Source: an uncultured Candidatus Binatia bacterium (GTDB taxonomy: Bacteria; Desulfobacterota; Binatia; UBA9968; CAXXLF01). From it: a DNA stretch of 64,000 bases. The stretch lies in NCBI GenBank assembly GCA_965218425.1, contig OZ244621.1:3648001-3712000 (forward strand), read 5' to 3'. Made by a program: the position numbers and the translations under genes. The first letter of the stretch is position 1; the number at the start of each line of letters is the position of its first letter. Positions 40,423 through 50,223 of the stretch are shown here, one piece after another. Under the pieces are notes generated by a model. That model ran no database searches. It worked only from the letters and a program-made list of their open reading frames with translations, and was not told the DNA's origin.

Positions 40423-41424
40423 ATGTCCGCCAGAGGGGTGAAAACACCTGTTCTTTCAACCACTGAAGCCATTGCGAGTTTGCGAAAGTCGGTACATTCC
40501 AAGGCTATCAATTACTATGCCCTGTATTCCAGTTTACTGGGCGGCATTGTGACTGACCCGGCCCTAATGGTGCTTCCTATAGATGATCACATGGTCCACC
40601 GTGGCCACGGCGTGTTTGATACGACCACCTTGGCAAATGGAATGCTATACCAGTTGGATGAGCACCTAGATCGATTGATTGGCTCAGCGGAGATTGCCCG
40701 TATTCCCTTGCCCTTTCCACGGAACCGATTGAGACAAATTATCCTGGATACGGCCGCCGTCAGCGGACACCGGGATGGGGTGTTACGGTTCTGGCTTTCA
40801 GCCGGACCAGGAGGATTCAGTCTCGATCCAAGCGAATGCGTAGGAAGCGGATTTTACGTAATGATCTCCAAAGGAGAGATCTACCCGGAGACCTTCTATA
40901 CCGAAGGAGTCAAAGTGGTAACCAGCACCGTGCCCATGAAGCCACCGCTTTTTGCCCGGGTCAAATCCACGAATTATTTGCCCAATGTGCTCGTGATGCT
41001 TGAGGCTAAAGAGCGGGGGGCAAACTACGGTATTTTTATCGATCAACGAGGCATGGTGGGAGAGAGCTCCACTATGAACGTCGCATTCATCACCAAGGAC
41101 GGGGTTTTTTGTCACCCACCATTTGATTCCATTCTCCCGGGAATTACCGTGCAACGTTTACTTCAACTGGCCAGGCAGTTGGTGGATCAGGGAGAATTGC
41201 GAGACATCGTCATTTCGGAGATTCCACCAGAGGAGGGGAGGTCTGCAGATGAAATGCTTCTCATCGGGAGCACCATTAAGGTGGTTCCTGTGGTGCAGTG
41301 GGATCACCACCCCATTGGAAATGGTAAGCCCGGTTCCATAGCTAAAAAACTCTTGGATTTATGGTACGAAGATATCAGGACCTCATCCCAGCATCTGGTC
41401 AAGGTGCCTTACCCTAAATCCTAG
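40423..41424 (+). CDS. PLP fold-type IV aminotransferase (D-amino-acid transaminase/ADC-lyase-like)
   Basis: DDHMVHRGHGVFDT, HLDRL..SA, catalytic K in VKSTNYLPN, IL.GIT, G.GKPG. Confidence 0.9.
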   Translation: MSARGVKTPVLSTTEAIASLRKSVHSKAINYYALYSSLLGGIVTDPALMVLPIDDHMVHRGHGVFDTTTLANGMLYQLDEHLDRLIGSAEIARIPLPFPRNRLRQIILDTAAVSGHRDGVLRFWLSAGPGGFSLDPSECVGSGFYVMISKGEIYPETFYTEGVKVVTSTVPMKPPLFARVKSTNYLPNVLVMLEAKERGANYGIFIDQRGMVGESSTMNVAFITKDGVFCHPPFDSILPGITVQRLLQLARQLVDQGELRDIVISEIPPEEGRSADEMLLIGSTIKVVPVVQWDHHPIGNGKPGSIAKKLLDLWYEDIRTSSQHLVKVPYPKS

Positions 41425-41645
41425 CCAGACTTTTTCTGAATATTCCCTTCAAATTGCGTACAGGGAATCGGACCAAAGAGGACTCGGGCAAATAACCCCG
41501 AGTTGGGAGAAAATAAAAATGTTTCTCCTCCCTGACCTGGCGTTTTGGCACGAAAAGTCTTGTTGAAATCACTCCGTGTAACATCCGATCACTCTAAGGA
41601 TCAATCTGGCGCTATGGGGTATTCTGTGTTAAAAACACCTCCATC

Positions 41646-41969
41646 GTGCGTGCTAGCTTTGTGAAAGGTCTCGTCCTGACCCTTTTGCTGGGTGGTTGTG
41701 CAGGAGAATCGGAACAAACTTCAGGGCCCAACGCGGACCGGGGGAGGCGGTTGTATCTTGTTAACTGCGTAGTCTGTCACAACAGGGAGCCATCTAAGGA
41801 CGGGGCCACGGGACCAGCCATCAAGGGATCCTCAGAAACCCTTTTGCAGTTCAGAGTCCTAACCCGGTCCTATCCACCAGGTTATGTTCCGAAGCGAAAA
41901 TCGTCAGCGATGCCAGCCTATCCGCATCTCAAAAAGGCGATCCCGCATCTTGCCGCCTATCTTCGCTGA
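41646..41969 (+). CDS. Monoheme c-type cytochrome lipoprotein
   Basis: Lipobox LGGC, CVVCH heme motif, distal MP. Confidence 0.85.
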   Translation: MRASFVKGLVLTLLLGGCAGESEQTSGPNADRGRRLYLVNCVVCHNREPSKDGATGPAIKGSSETLLQFRVLTRSYPPGYVPKRKSSAMPAYPHLKKAIPHLAAYLR

Positions 41970-41992
41970 GGGGCAACGGTTTCCCCTCCTCC

Positions 41993-42688
41993 CTACAATA
42001 AGATCTTGAAGACGAGAAAGAGAACCAAGGTCAGGATAAAGCCGGACCAAATAGTCCCAGACACGGAATCCAGAGGTTTCTTGGTGGCACCTTGAGCTCC
42101 TATGAGGCAGTTGAGTTCCACCGCGGCGATAATCACAAGGCTGACGATCCAAAATCCAGCGGTTGATCCGCCTGCCATTCCTAGGGATGAATAGTGACTG
42201 GCTGCACCCATGAAGAAAAGCATTGGAATAGAAAAAAGAGTGTTGGTCCTTGATGCAAGGGCGGCTCTGCGTGCCCCAGGCGCCGCTTCAGGAATCGCCT
42301 GTCCCCCCTGTGCAACTTGGACTGCTGAGGCAATAACGATTTGTTGCTTGGGCCAGATCACGAGCCAAACATTTAGAAACATCAGAGTTCCCATGGTTCC
42401 ACCGATGGTGATGGCCAACCCGTAGGAGGAAGAGTAAAAAAGGGAGCCTCCAACTTCTGCGAGTTTATGTATGTAAATGAGAATACCGGCGAGGAAGGTA
42501 AACATGGCACCCCAGCGAAACCACCACAGGGCACGTGGAACCAGTTTTTGCACGGCTCCGCTCCGTACCGGCGCTTCGGTTTCTGCAAAGAAAGGTGTTT
42601 GTACAAAATTAAAATAATAAAGGATTCCAATCCATAGGGTACCTGCAAGAAAATGAATCCAACGCAATAAAAATAGATAAACTTCCAT
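41993..42688 (-). CDS. PuuD/urate-oxidase-N family membrane protein without a cytochrome domain
   Basis: RW.H.LAG..WIG.LYYFNFVQ, ALWWFRW.A, MF.NVW.VIWP.Q, SRTNT..SIPML.FM. Confidence 0.8.
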   Translation of the reverse strand: MEVYLFLLRWIHFLAGTLWIGILYYFNFVQTPFFAETEAPVRSGAVQKLVPRALWWFRWGAMFTFLAGILIYIHKLAEVGGSLFYSSSYGLAITIGGTMGTLMFLNVWLVIWPKQQIVIASAVQVAQGGQAIPEAAPGARRAALASRTNTLFSIPMLFFMGAASHYSSLGMAGGSTAGFWIVSLVIIAAVELNCLIGAQGATKKPLDSVSGTIWSGFILTLVLFLVFKILL

Positions 42689-42850
42689 AAATGATCTCCT
42701 TAATCGCCTTGGTTTAAACTACTCATCGCCCTAATATATGAAGCTTGCATCGAAGTTGTCAAGCAAAAATAAGCCAGTACACGACCCGGTCCAATGGGAA
42801 AGACCCCTTTTGGGACGGTCCATAGCATCTGTCTTAGTGGGTATTTCGGC

Positions 42851-43940
42851 TGCATAAGGCCAGAAACATCTTGCACACTCTGGGTGACTGAGAGGGCATG
42901 CAGATCCGGGATTTCTCTTACCGCATCTGGGGCTTTTCCACACTCGCTGACTATGCCATACGCTGGGAGACTAGGGTTAGTAATAAGGCAAAGCACAAGG
43001 CTCGGGTGCTCAGTTTGTGGGCCAAGCATGGGGTTGGAAGCAACTGAAGAGGCCTTTGGAGTGAAAAGGCGGACCCTGTATTACTGGAGAGGGCAGCTGA
43101 TGAAAGGGGGCGGGAAGCTGGAGGCATTAAACGAGGAGAGCAAGGCTCCCCATAGGCGTAGGAGTCGTAGTTGGCCTCAGTTGGTGCTTGGACAGATTGG
43201 CCGCATAAGGACGGAGCACCCCAATCTAAGCAAAGAGAAGATCTATCTATCGCTCAAGCCGTGGTGTGAGAGGCAGGATCTGAGGTGTCCAAAGCCCAGG
43301 AGCATTGGTCGGATCATAGCTGGGACTGTGGACAAGATGAGAACGGTTTCCATGAAGATAAGGTCTAACGGTCGTAGAGTAACCAACAAGCCGAAGCGGG
43401 CAAGAGACCCCCAGGGTTTTAGAGCGAGCGGTCCTGGTGAGTGCGGGGCCTTCGATAGGGTGGAGTTGTTCCTTGATGGGCTAATGAGGTATGGGATCAC
43501 CTTCACTGATGTCTACTCCCGGTTCTGTTTTGCCTGGGCGAGCCACAGCCATGGCTCTGAGGCAGCCAGGGAAGTCTACAGGGTGCTCAGCGAGGTGTTT
43601 CCCTATCCGCTTCAATATGTGCTCACAGACAATGGCTCTGAGTTCATGAAGCACTTTGATGGGGAACTGAGGAGGCTGGACAAGGTCCACTGGCATACTT
43701 AATCCCAAGAGCCCAAAAATGAATGTCCATGTGGAGAGGTTTAACCGTACCCTTCAAGAAGAGTTTCTCGATTATCATGAGGATCTGCTCGTGGAGCCGG
43801 CAGCCTTTAACCGCGAGTTGATTCCGTGGCTGTTGTGGTATAACGGCGAGCGGCCTCACTGGGGACTCAACCTTAAGTCGCCGGTGCAGTTTTTAATGGA
43901 GCAAAGACCCCAAGAGTGCAATATGTGGTGGCCCAATACA
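42851..43940 (+). mobile_element. IS481-like insertion sequence, copy 1 (1090 bp)
   Basis: Imperfect terminal IRs TGCATAAGGCCAGAAACATCTTGCAC / GTGCAATATGTGGTGGCCCAATACA; flanks TTCGGC / TTCGGT (near-perfect TSD); near-identical to 51376-52465. Confidence 0.88.
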
Positions 43941-43961
43941 TTCGGTTGTCTGATTTTATGA
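42898..43961 (+). pseudogene. DDE transposase (IS481/rve type) with two +1 frameshifts
   Basis: HTH (FGVKRRTLYYW), D (FDRV), TDNGSEF, ERFNRTLQEEF, YN.ERPH; extra G in 43030-43033 and extra A creating TAA at 43700-43702. Confidence 0.85.
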
Positions 43962-43974
43962 ATTAATCTATGAT
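43946..43974 (+). promoter_or_regulatory. Putative sigma70 promoter TTGTCT-N17-TATGAT for the cupin gene
   Basis: 17-bp spacing, 38 bp before the ATG; starts 5 bp after the IS end. Confidence 0.55.
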
Positions 43975-44012
43975 GGCCGTGCACAAAAAACCGTCGCGAA
44001 GGAGGGTTGGAT

Positions 44013-45116
44013 ATGGTACAAACCACACAGAAAATTGCCCATGCTGCGGTAGAAGGCATAAGTGAAAGGGTGACTCTACAGGAGTTCGAAGCCACGGTGA
44101 GGGAAGAGCATTTATTCCCATTGTGGGTAGCCACAGTGAATCGGTCAACCGAGCTTCGCACCCCCATCCAACCCCATGTTTGGAGCTGGAAACAATTACG
44201 CCGTCGCATTCTCCAGGCCGGAGAATTGATACCTTTGGGTAAGAAAGGCGCCGAGCGTCGAGCGCTCACCCTGCACAACCCTGGTCTTCCCAGAGACACT
44301 ATGGGCATCACCCATACCTTGGTGGCGGCCATCCAAATGGTTCACGGCACAGAGGTGGCCCCATCCCACCGTCACACCCCGGCGGCCCTGCGTTTCGTCA
44401 AGGAAGGGAAGGGGGGCTGCACCGTGGTCAATGGAGAGCCTGAGTCCATGGAAAAGGGCGATTTTCTGCTGACCCCAAGTTGGTATTGGCATGGACACTT
44501 CAGCGAACATGACGAGCCAATGCTCTGGATGGACGGCCTCGACGTACCACTGGTACTCTCCTTGGGCGCAAATTTCTACGAAGACTACCCCGAAGATCTA
44601 CAACCTTCATCAGCGCCCCGGGATGAATCCATTCGCCGTTACGGTGGAGGAGGCCTTCTACCCGTAGGTGAAAGGAAAGCCACCCCCAACTCTCCACTAT
44701 TAAATTACCGTTGGGCCCAAACTGAAGAGAAGTTGATGCAATTGAAGGATCGCGATGGTAGCCCCTACGATGGGGTCGCGTTGCAGTTCACCAACCCCTT
44801 TACGGGTGGTCCCGTGATGCCAACCATCGATTGCTGGATACAGCTCCTCCGCCCAGGCGAACAAACCCAGGCCCATAGACACACCAGCAGCGTGGTCTAC
44901 AACGTGGCGCGAGGAAACGGTTTCACGGTGATCGACGGTCGGACGTTCCCTTGGACAGAGGGCGATATTTTCTGTATGCCCATTTGGTCGTCTCATAAAC
45001 ATGTGAATTCGTCTTCTTCGGAAGAGGCGATTCTATTCTCCATGAATGATTCCCCCGTCCTTCAAGCCCTGGGGATCTACCGCGAGGCAGCTAACGAAGA
45101 CGGAAACGGGCGTTAA
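44013..45116 (+). CDS. Gentisate 1,2-dioxygenase-like bicupin ring-cleavage enzyme
   Basis: AERRAL.L.NPGL, HRHTPAALRF, W.WH.H, W.DGLD.PL, NP.TGGP.MPTI, HRHT.S; GGAGG RBS. Confidence 0.88.
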   Translation: MVQTTQKIAHAAVEGISERVTLQEFEATVREEHLFPLWVATVNRSTELRTPIQPHVWSWKQLRRRILQAGELIPLGKKGAERRALTLHNPGLPRDTMGITHTLVAAIQMVHGTEVAPSHRHTPAALRFVKEGKGGCTVVNGEPESMEKGDFLLTPSWYWHGHFSEHDEPMLWMDGLDVPLVLSLGANFYEDYPEDLQPSSAPRDESIRRYGGGGLLPVGERKATPNSPLLNYRWAQTEEKLMQLKDRDGSPYDGVALQFTNPFTGGPVMPTIDCWIQLLRPGEQTQAHRHTSSVVYNVARGNGFTVIDGRTFPWTEGDIFCMPIWSSHKHVNSSSSEEAILFSMNDSPVLQALGIYREAANEDGNGR

Positions 45117-45376
45117 ACTTTACCTAGGATGTCATGAGTAAACAGCCATAATGCAACCGAGGGGTGAGACCTGAAGAGCGCGGGCACAGGAGCGCAGAGG
45201 TTACCTTCAGGCCCGCAGGGCGCAAATCGTCGCCCATGGAGCGGACGGGGCGATGATGACCTACAAGGTGGACGCCTATTCCCCGCCCTTGGAAGGGCTC
45301 GGCCCCTGGGTGATCGGATGTGTGACCCGTCTAGATACAATCGAAATCATTAAATCGTTAGAGTTGATCTGCCATC

Positions 45377-47536
45377 ATGATGTTAGAGAACTCCCCGGAG
45401 CGTCTACAAGGACTTCTCCGCCCCAAACGAATCGCCATTGTTGGGGCATCGGAAAGAAACCATTATTCCGCCGCCCTGCTTCAGAACCTTCAACGTTTCA
45501 ATTTTCCGTCAGAAAACCTCTTTCTGGTGAATCCCCGCTACGAGACCCTTCTTGGCAGATCCTGTTATACGCGACTCACCGACATTCCCTTGGATGTGGA
45601 TCTCGCGGTTTTGGCAATCCCTCCGGGCGCCACCCTCAAGGTTTTGGAAGATTCCATAGAGAAAAGGGTCAAGGCGCTGTTACTCGTCGCCACGGGATTC
45701 GGTGAGTTTGATGAAAAGGGGTTAAAGCTACAGGAGGAGATTGCCGAAATTGCCAACCGGCATTCCATTTCCATCTGCGGACCCAACACCCTAGGGTTCT
45801 TCTCTAGTCTAGGGGGAATGGCCCTCTGGACGTCTCCACTACCGAAACAGCTACAACCCGGGTCCATTGGCGCGGTTTTCCACAGCAGCGGCCTGTTGAA
45901 CCTGCTTTTCAATACGGCGGCGGACCGCTGTCTTGGCTTTCGTTACGGCATTGCTGCCGGCAACGAGGTGGGTCTTGGTCTGACCGATTACCTCGCCTGG
46001 ATGATCCAGGACCCCGAGGTAAAAGTCCTAGTGACACTCATTGAGTCGGTGAAAAAGCCGGACGAAATGACTCACCTCCTCGACCTGGCACGGGATAAGG
46101 GGAAACCCATGGTGGCCTTACGGGTGGGACGATCGGCCAAGGGGAGTCGGGCCATTGTTTCTCACACGGGAAATCTCGCCACCTCGGGGGCAGCATGGCA
46201 GGCCCTTTTCAAACAGAAGGGCGTCATATCGGTAGACAATATGGATCAAATGTTGGAGACCCTGGTGGCACTGGCACACAACCCCTGCGGACCTTTGGAA
46301 AAAGCTTCCAAGGGTGTCGGCATCGTGACCATTTCGGGTGGTGATTGCAGTTTTCTTTCCGACATCGGAGAAAGGGTTGGTTTGGGATTACCCGATCCCA
46401 GCCCAGAAACCTATCAGCAACTGGCGCCTTATTTTGGCAAGGTAAAATTCAACGGTAACCCTCTGGATATTGAAGACCTCCACCAGGCAGATGAGTCAAA
46501 ATTCTACGATTGCCTGAAGGTGTTTTCGACAGAGGAATCCTTTGACCTGATTTGCTGCAGGTTGAGCCTTCCAAAGGTTCCCAACGAACGTCTTAAGGGT
46601 CTCTACACCCGCTGCGCCGCCGTGGCAAAGGAGCAAGGTAAGGGTATCCTTTTCCTCTCAAGGGCAAGCGAGAATTTGGATCGATCCTGGTTCGAATTCT
46701 TTTCTGCATTAGGAGTCCCGTTCCTATTGGAATACGAAAAGAGCCTGCGCGCAGTGAAAGATCTCTTGTGGTGGTCTGGGGTTCAAGGCACTTGCGGCGC
46801 TTCATGGACACCACAAGCGGCAAATAAGAAGGTAGATCTCGTCCAACTCAAGTCGCTGGTCACAGCAGCTAAAAACCGGATCTTAAGTCACCTTGAATCG
46901 CGAAAACTCCTTTCCGCTTACGAAATACCACTGGCAAAAGAGGTTTTGACCCAATCGCCCAGTGATGCCCTCGAAGCAGCCATGACTATAGGATTACCTG
47001 TGGTCATGAAGGTGATTTCCCCGGACCTGCCCCACAAGACAGAAGTAGGAGCACTGTTAACCAACGTTCAGACGGGTCAAGAGGTTGAAACGGGGTTTCA
47101 GGAGTTAAATCAACGGATCAGGGAAAAGGTGCCGGGCGCTGCCATAGAGGGAATCCTGGTTCAAAAGATGGTTTCGGGGATCGCCGAAGTCATCGTAGGA
47201 ACAAATTATGACTGGCAACTCGGTCCGGTGATCCTTTTTGGATTGGGCGGCATCTATGCCGAAATCCTGAGGGACGTGTCCCTACGACTGCCGCCAACCT
47301 CCCACAGAGATGCCTGGGAGATGTTGAATGAAGTCAAAGGGAGCGAACTCCTACGCGGCGCCAGGGGTAAACCCCCGGCAGATCAACTAGCGGTGGTGGA
47401 GATTCTTTTGAAGCTATCACAAATGGCCTCCGATTTACGTGACGAAATCGAAACGATAGAACTGAACCCCCTGATGGTTCTACCCGAAGGGCAGGGGGCC
47501 GTGGCCGTGGACACCCTGTTACGAAAAAGGCGCTGA
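45377..47536 (+). CDS. ADP-forming acyl-CoA synthetase (acetate-CoA ligase family)
   Basis: IAIVGAS, GPNTLG, GNE, phospho-His SHTG, NPLD, ATP-grasp HKTEVG, FGLGG...E...D, ELNPL. Confidence 0.9.
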   Translation: MMLENSPERLQGLLRPKRIAIVGASERNHYSAALLQNLQRFNFPSENLFLVNPRYETLLGRSCYTRLTDIPLDVDLAVLAIPPGATLKVLEDSIEKRVKALLLVATGFGEFDEKGLKLQEEIAEIANRHSISICGPNTLGFFSSLGGMALWTSPLPKQLQPGSIGAVFHSSGLLNLLFNTAADRCLGFRYGIAAGNEVGLGLTDYLAWMIQDPEVKVLVTLIESVKKPDEMTHLLDLARDKGKPMVALRVGRSAKGSRAIVSHTGNLATSGAAWQALFKQKGVISVDNMDQMLETLVALAHNPCGPLEKASKGVGIVTISGGDCSFLSDIGERVGLGLPDPSPETYQQLAPYFGKVKFNGNPLDIEDLHQADESKFYDCLKVFSTEESFDLICCRLSLPKVPNERLKGLYTRCAAVAKEQGKGILFLSRASENLDRSWFEFFSALGVPFLLEYEKSLRAVKDLLWWSGVQGTCGASWTPQAANKKVDLVQLKSLVTAAKNRILSHLESRKLLSAYEIPLAKEVLTQSPSDALEAAMTIGLPVVMKVISPDLPHKTEVGALLTNVQTGQEVETGFQELNQRIREKVPGAAIEGILVQKMVSGIAEVIVGTNYDWQLGPVILFGLGGIYAEILRDVSLRLPPTSHRDAWEMLNEVKGSELLRGARGKPPADQLAVVEILLKLSQMASDLRDEIETIELNPLMVLPEGQGAVAVDTLLRKRR

Positions 47537-47564
47537 GCCTGGAACAAGAGTTGAGGACTTTTCC

Positions 47565-48641
47565 ATGAAGATTGAAGCCATAGAAATATCAAAGTTAAAG
47601 CTGCCGTACATTAAACCCCTCATTACCTCAGCCAATCAGTTTTTTAACGCAGAGGGATTACTGTTGGAAGCGCGTTCGGATGGTGGATTGTCCGGCTACG
47701 GCTATATCGATGTCTTCCCAAGGACCGGTGAGACCATGGGGTCCGCCCAATATGCCATCGAAACGGTGCTCAAACCCAAGATTTTGGGCCAAGACCTGAA
47801 GGAGTTGGCTAAGATCAAACAGTCCATCAATCGCACATTCGTGGGAAATCGACGAGTCAAATCAGGAGTCGAGACGGCACTCTATGATCTCATCGCCAAA
47901 AGCCTTCATGTTCCCGTGTACCTACTCCTGGGTGGTCAAGTTAAGGATGAAATCAGAGTCATCAGGCTCATGAGCCTGGATGACCCGGATAAGATGGCCG
48001 AGGATGCCCGTCGTATCATTGGAGAAGGCATTACCGCATTAAAACTCAAGGTGAGTGGAGAATATCACCTTGATCTCAAACGGGTATCAAAGGTGAGGGA
48101 CGCGGTTGGTAGCGGAATCTTCTTAAAGGTGGACGCCAATGAGGCATTCGATGCGAAATCCGCCATCAGGCTAGCCAAGAGTTTGGCGGATCTAGAGGTG
48201 GAGATTTTCGAGCAGCCGGTGCCCCGTTCACAAACCCAGGCCTTGCTGGAGGTCAAGGACAAATCGCCCATTAAAATTGAAGCCGATCAGTCCGCCGGTT
48301 CAGTAACGGAAGCCTTCAAGCTGATTCAAAATGGTGTCGTTGACTCCATCAATACCAGCGTCCACAAGGCGGGAGGTCTCGTTGAAGCCAAGCAAATCGC
48401 CGACCTTTGTGGATTGAGCGGAGTGAGCTGTCACTTGGGAAACACAGCAGGGTGCATGGTGGGAGACGCCGCCGCCCTACAGCTAGCGGCCTCCTCGGGG
48501 AGCATTTCACGCCTCTGCGAGCTTGGTGAATTTGCAACCATCGCCGGGGATCCCTTTGCCGGTTTGCAGGTAAAGCACGGAGTACTCAAAGTACCTGAAG
48601 GGGATGGCCTCGGGATTCACAACACGAAGACGAAAAAATAA
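47565..48641 (+). CDS. Enolase-superfamily enzyme (muconate cycloisomerase/dipeptide epimerase-like)
   Basis: KLK, VDANE, FEQP, ADQS, GG...A, G.GLG. Confidence 0.88.
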   Translation: MKIEAIEISKLKLPYIKPLITSANQFFNAEGLLLEARSDGGLSGYGYIDVFPRTGETMGSAQYAIETVLKPKILGQDLKELAKIKQSINRTFVGNRRVKSGVETALYDLIAKSLHVPVYLLLGGQVKDEIRVIRLMSLDDPDKMAEDARRIIGEGITALKLKVSGEYHLDLKRVSKVRDAVGSGIFLKVDANEAFDAKSAIRLAKSLADLEVEIFEQPVPRSQTQALLEVKDKSPIKIEADQSAGSVTEAFKLIQNGVVDSINTSVHKAGGLVEAKQIADLCGLSGVSCHLGNTAGCMVGDAAALQLAASSGSISRLCELGEFATIAGDPFAGLQVKHGVLKVPEGDGLGIHNTKTKK

Positions 48642-48700
48642 CCCTTATTAGGAATTCCCGCTAGATCAATATCACCCGGACATGACCCGTCACTCGCTAG

Positions 48701-50164
48701 TTAGGTTTTGGCCCGGGCATAGGCGGCCAGGGCGGAACCCCACTTTCTCTTAACCTGATCGAACATGGCATGATTGGTTGTGATTTCGGGCGGAAACTCG
48801 TGTAGGCGCTCCCAGGGCTTGCATGCGTCTATCATGGCCCGCGAGTGATGTCGGTTTTGATCGGCTGAGATGGCGGGATCCAATGCGCTGCTAAAACAGC
48901 GGTGAAGGATCTGTATGGAGCGCTCGGGATCGGAACGGGTACAGATTGCCCAGAGGACCTGGTCACGGTCTGAAGGATTGATATCATCGTCCACTACTAC
49001 CACATACCGGTTTAAGGTAATGGCCGCCCCGCATTGAGAGGCAACCACCGCCGCCTGAATCGCATGCCCCGGATAGCGCTGCTTGATGGCGACCACCAAT
49101 AGTAGGTTGGCCCCTCCAGCCTCATCCAGCCAAACCCCCTTGACGTCCGGTATTCCAGCCAATTCCATGTCGTTCCAGATGAGAGCCGACTTGAAAAAAG
49201 TACGCCAGTAGGTGTGAGCATTAGGGGGCCTTAGGGGCGGCTCTCCAGCAACGATGGGTTGGTTTCGGAACATGACCCGTTTTACATTCACTACAGGTTC
49301 GTCGCGGGTGGCACTAGCATAGTATCCGGTCCACTCTCCAAATGGGCCCTCAGGCAAACTCTCTTCAGGATATATCTCTCCCTCCACCACGATCTCCGCG
49401 TGGGCTGGGATTGGCAGACCGGTGAGCTCCCCACGCAGCACCTTCACCGGGCAGCCGCGAATTCCCCCTGCATATTCCAGTTCGTTCACATCGGCTGGAA
49501 GCGGCATGGAACTAGTTAAAAACAGCAGGGGGTCCTGCCCGAAGGACAGAACAACCGGACAGGGCTCCCCTCGGGCCCAATACTTTTCCAGATGCCTACG
49601 ACCATGCTTGATGCGAGAAATGTAAAGCCCAAGCTTGTCACGCCCATGCACCATGGCTCGATAGGTCCCCACATTGACCCAACCGGACTCGGGGTCCTTC
49701 GTGATGGTGAGACTCCCGGTCCCAAGGTAACGACCACCGTCCTCCTCATGCCACAGGGGAGCGGGGAACTGGAGTAGGTTAACGGCCGAGCCCTCTTGGA
49801 TATTCTCCGTCACCGGGCCGCTCTCCACCGTATGTACGGGTTGAAGCCCTATGGATTTCACCCGTCTACGCCATGTTTGAACAAGCTCCATCTTACTCCC
49901 TGGTATGGGAAGGTTTAGCGCCAGGGCGATGCGCGGTACGGAGGTTAGCTGATTGAGTAGAATCTGGTAGCTGGGGTCGTAGCCCGTGAGCTGATCCAGC
50001 AGGATGGCTGGTCCACCTCCAAACTCGCGGAACGCGTACTCGTCAAGGGCACCCACCTCCAGGTGTGGATCCGCGCCGCTAATATTGACAACTTCACCCG
50101 CTGCTTGGGAACGTTCAATCCAGTCACGGAGGTCTTCGCAGGGAAGATTTTCATTTGAGTCCAT
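48701..50164 (-). CDS. UbiD-family prFMN-dependent (de)carboxylase
   Basis: DGGRYLGT, N.GTYR, EGPFGEWTGYY, VVVVDDDI, WA.CTRSDP. Confidence 0.92.
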   Translation of the reverse strand: MDSNENLPCEDLRDWIERSQAAGEVVNISGADPHLEVGALDEYAFREFGGGPAILLDQLTGYDPSYQILLNQLTSVPRIALALNLPIPGSKMELVQTWRRRVKSIGLQPVHTVESGPVTENIQEGSAVNLLQFPAPLWHEEDGGRYLGTGSLTITKDPESGWVNVGTYRAMVHGRDKLGLYISRIKHGRRHLEKYWARGEPCPVVLSFGQDPLLFLTSSMPLPADVNELEYAGGIRGCPVKVLRGELTGLPIPAHAEIVVEGEIYPEESLPEGPFGEWTGYYASATRDEPVVNVKRVMFRNQPIVAGEPPLRPPNAHTYWRTFFKSALIWNDMELAGIPDVKGVWLDEAGGANLLLVVAIKQRYPGHAIQAAVVASQCGAAITLNRYVVVVDDDINPSDRDQVLWAICTRSDPERSIQILHRCFSSALDPAISADQNRHHSRAMIDACKPWERLHEFPPEITTNHAMFDQVKRKWGSALAAYARAKT

Positions 50165-50223
50165 TCATACCTCCTTAGCCAAAAGGACAAACGGCTGCGT
50201 GAAGAGGAGATCCATTGGGTTCC

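Noticed and set aside
45117..45376. Possible gene remnants here and at 39546-39930 and 37240-37600
   Set aside because: No recognisable motif in any frame I read; a database search would be needed.
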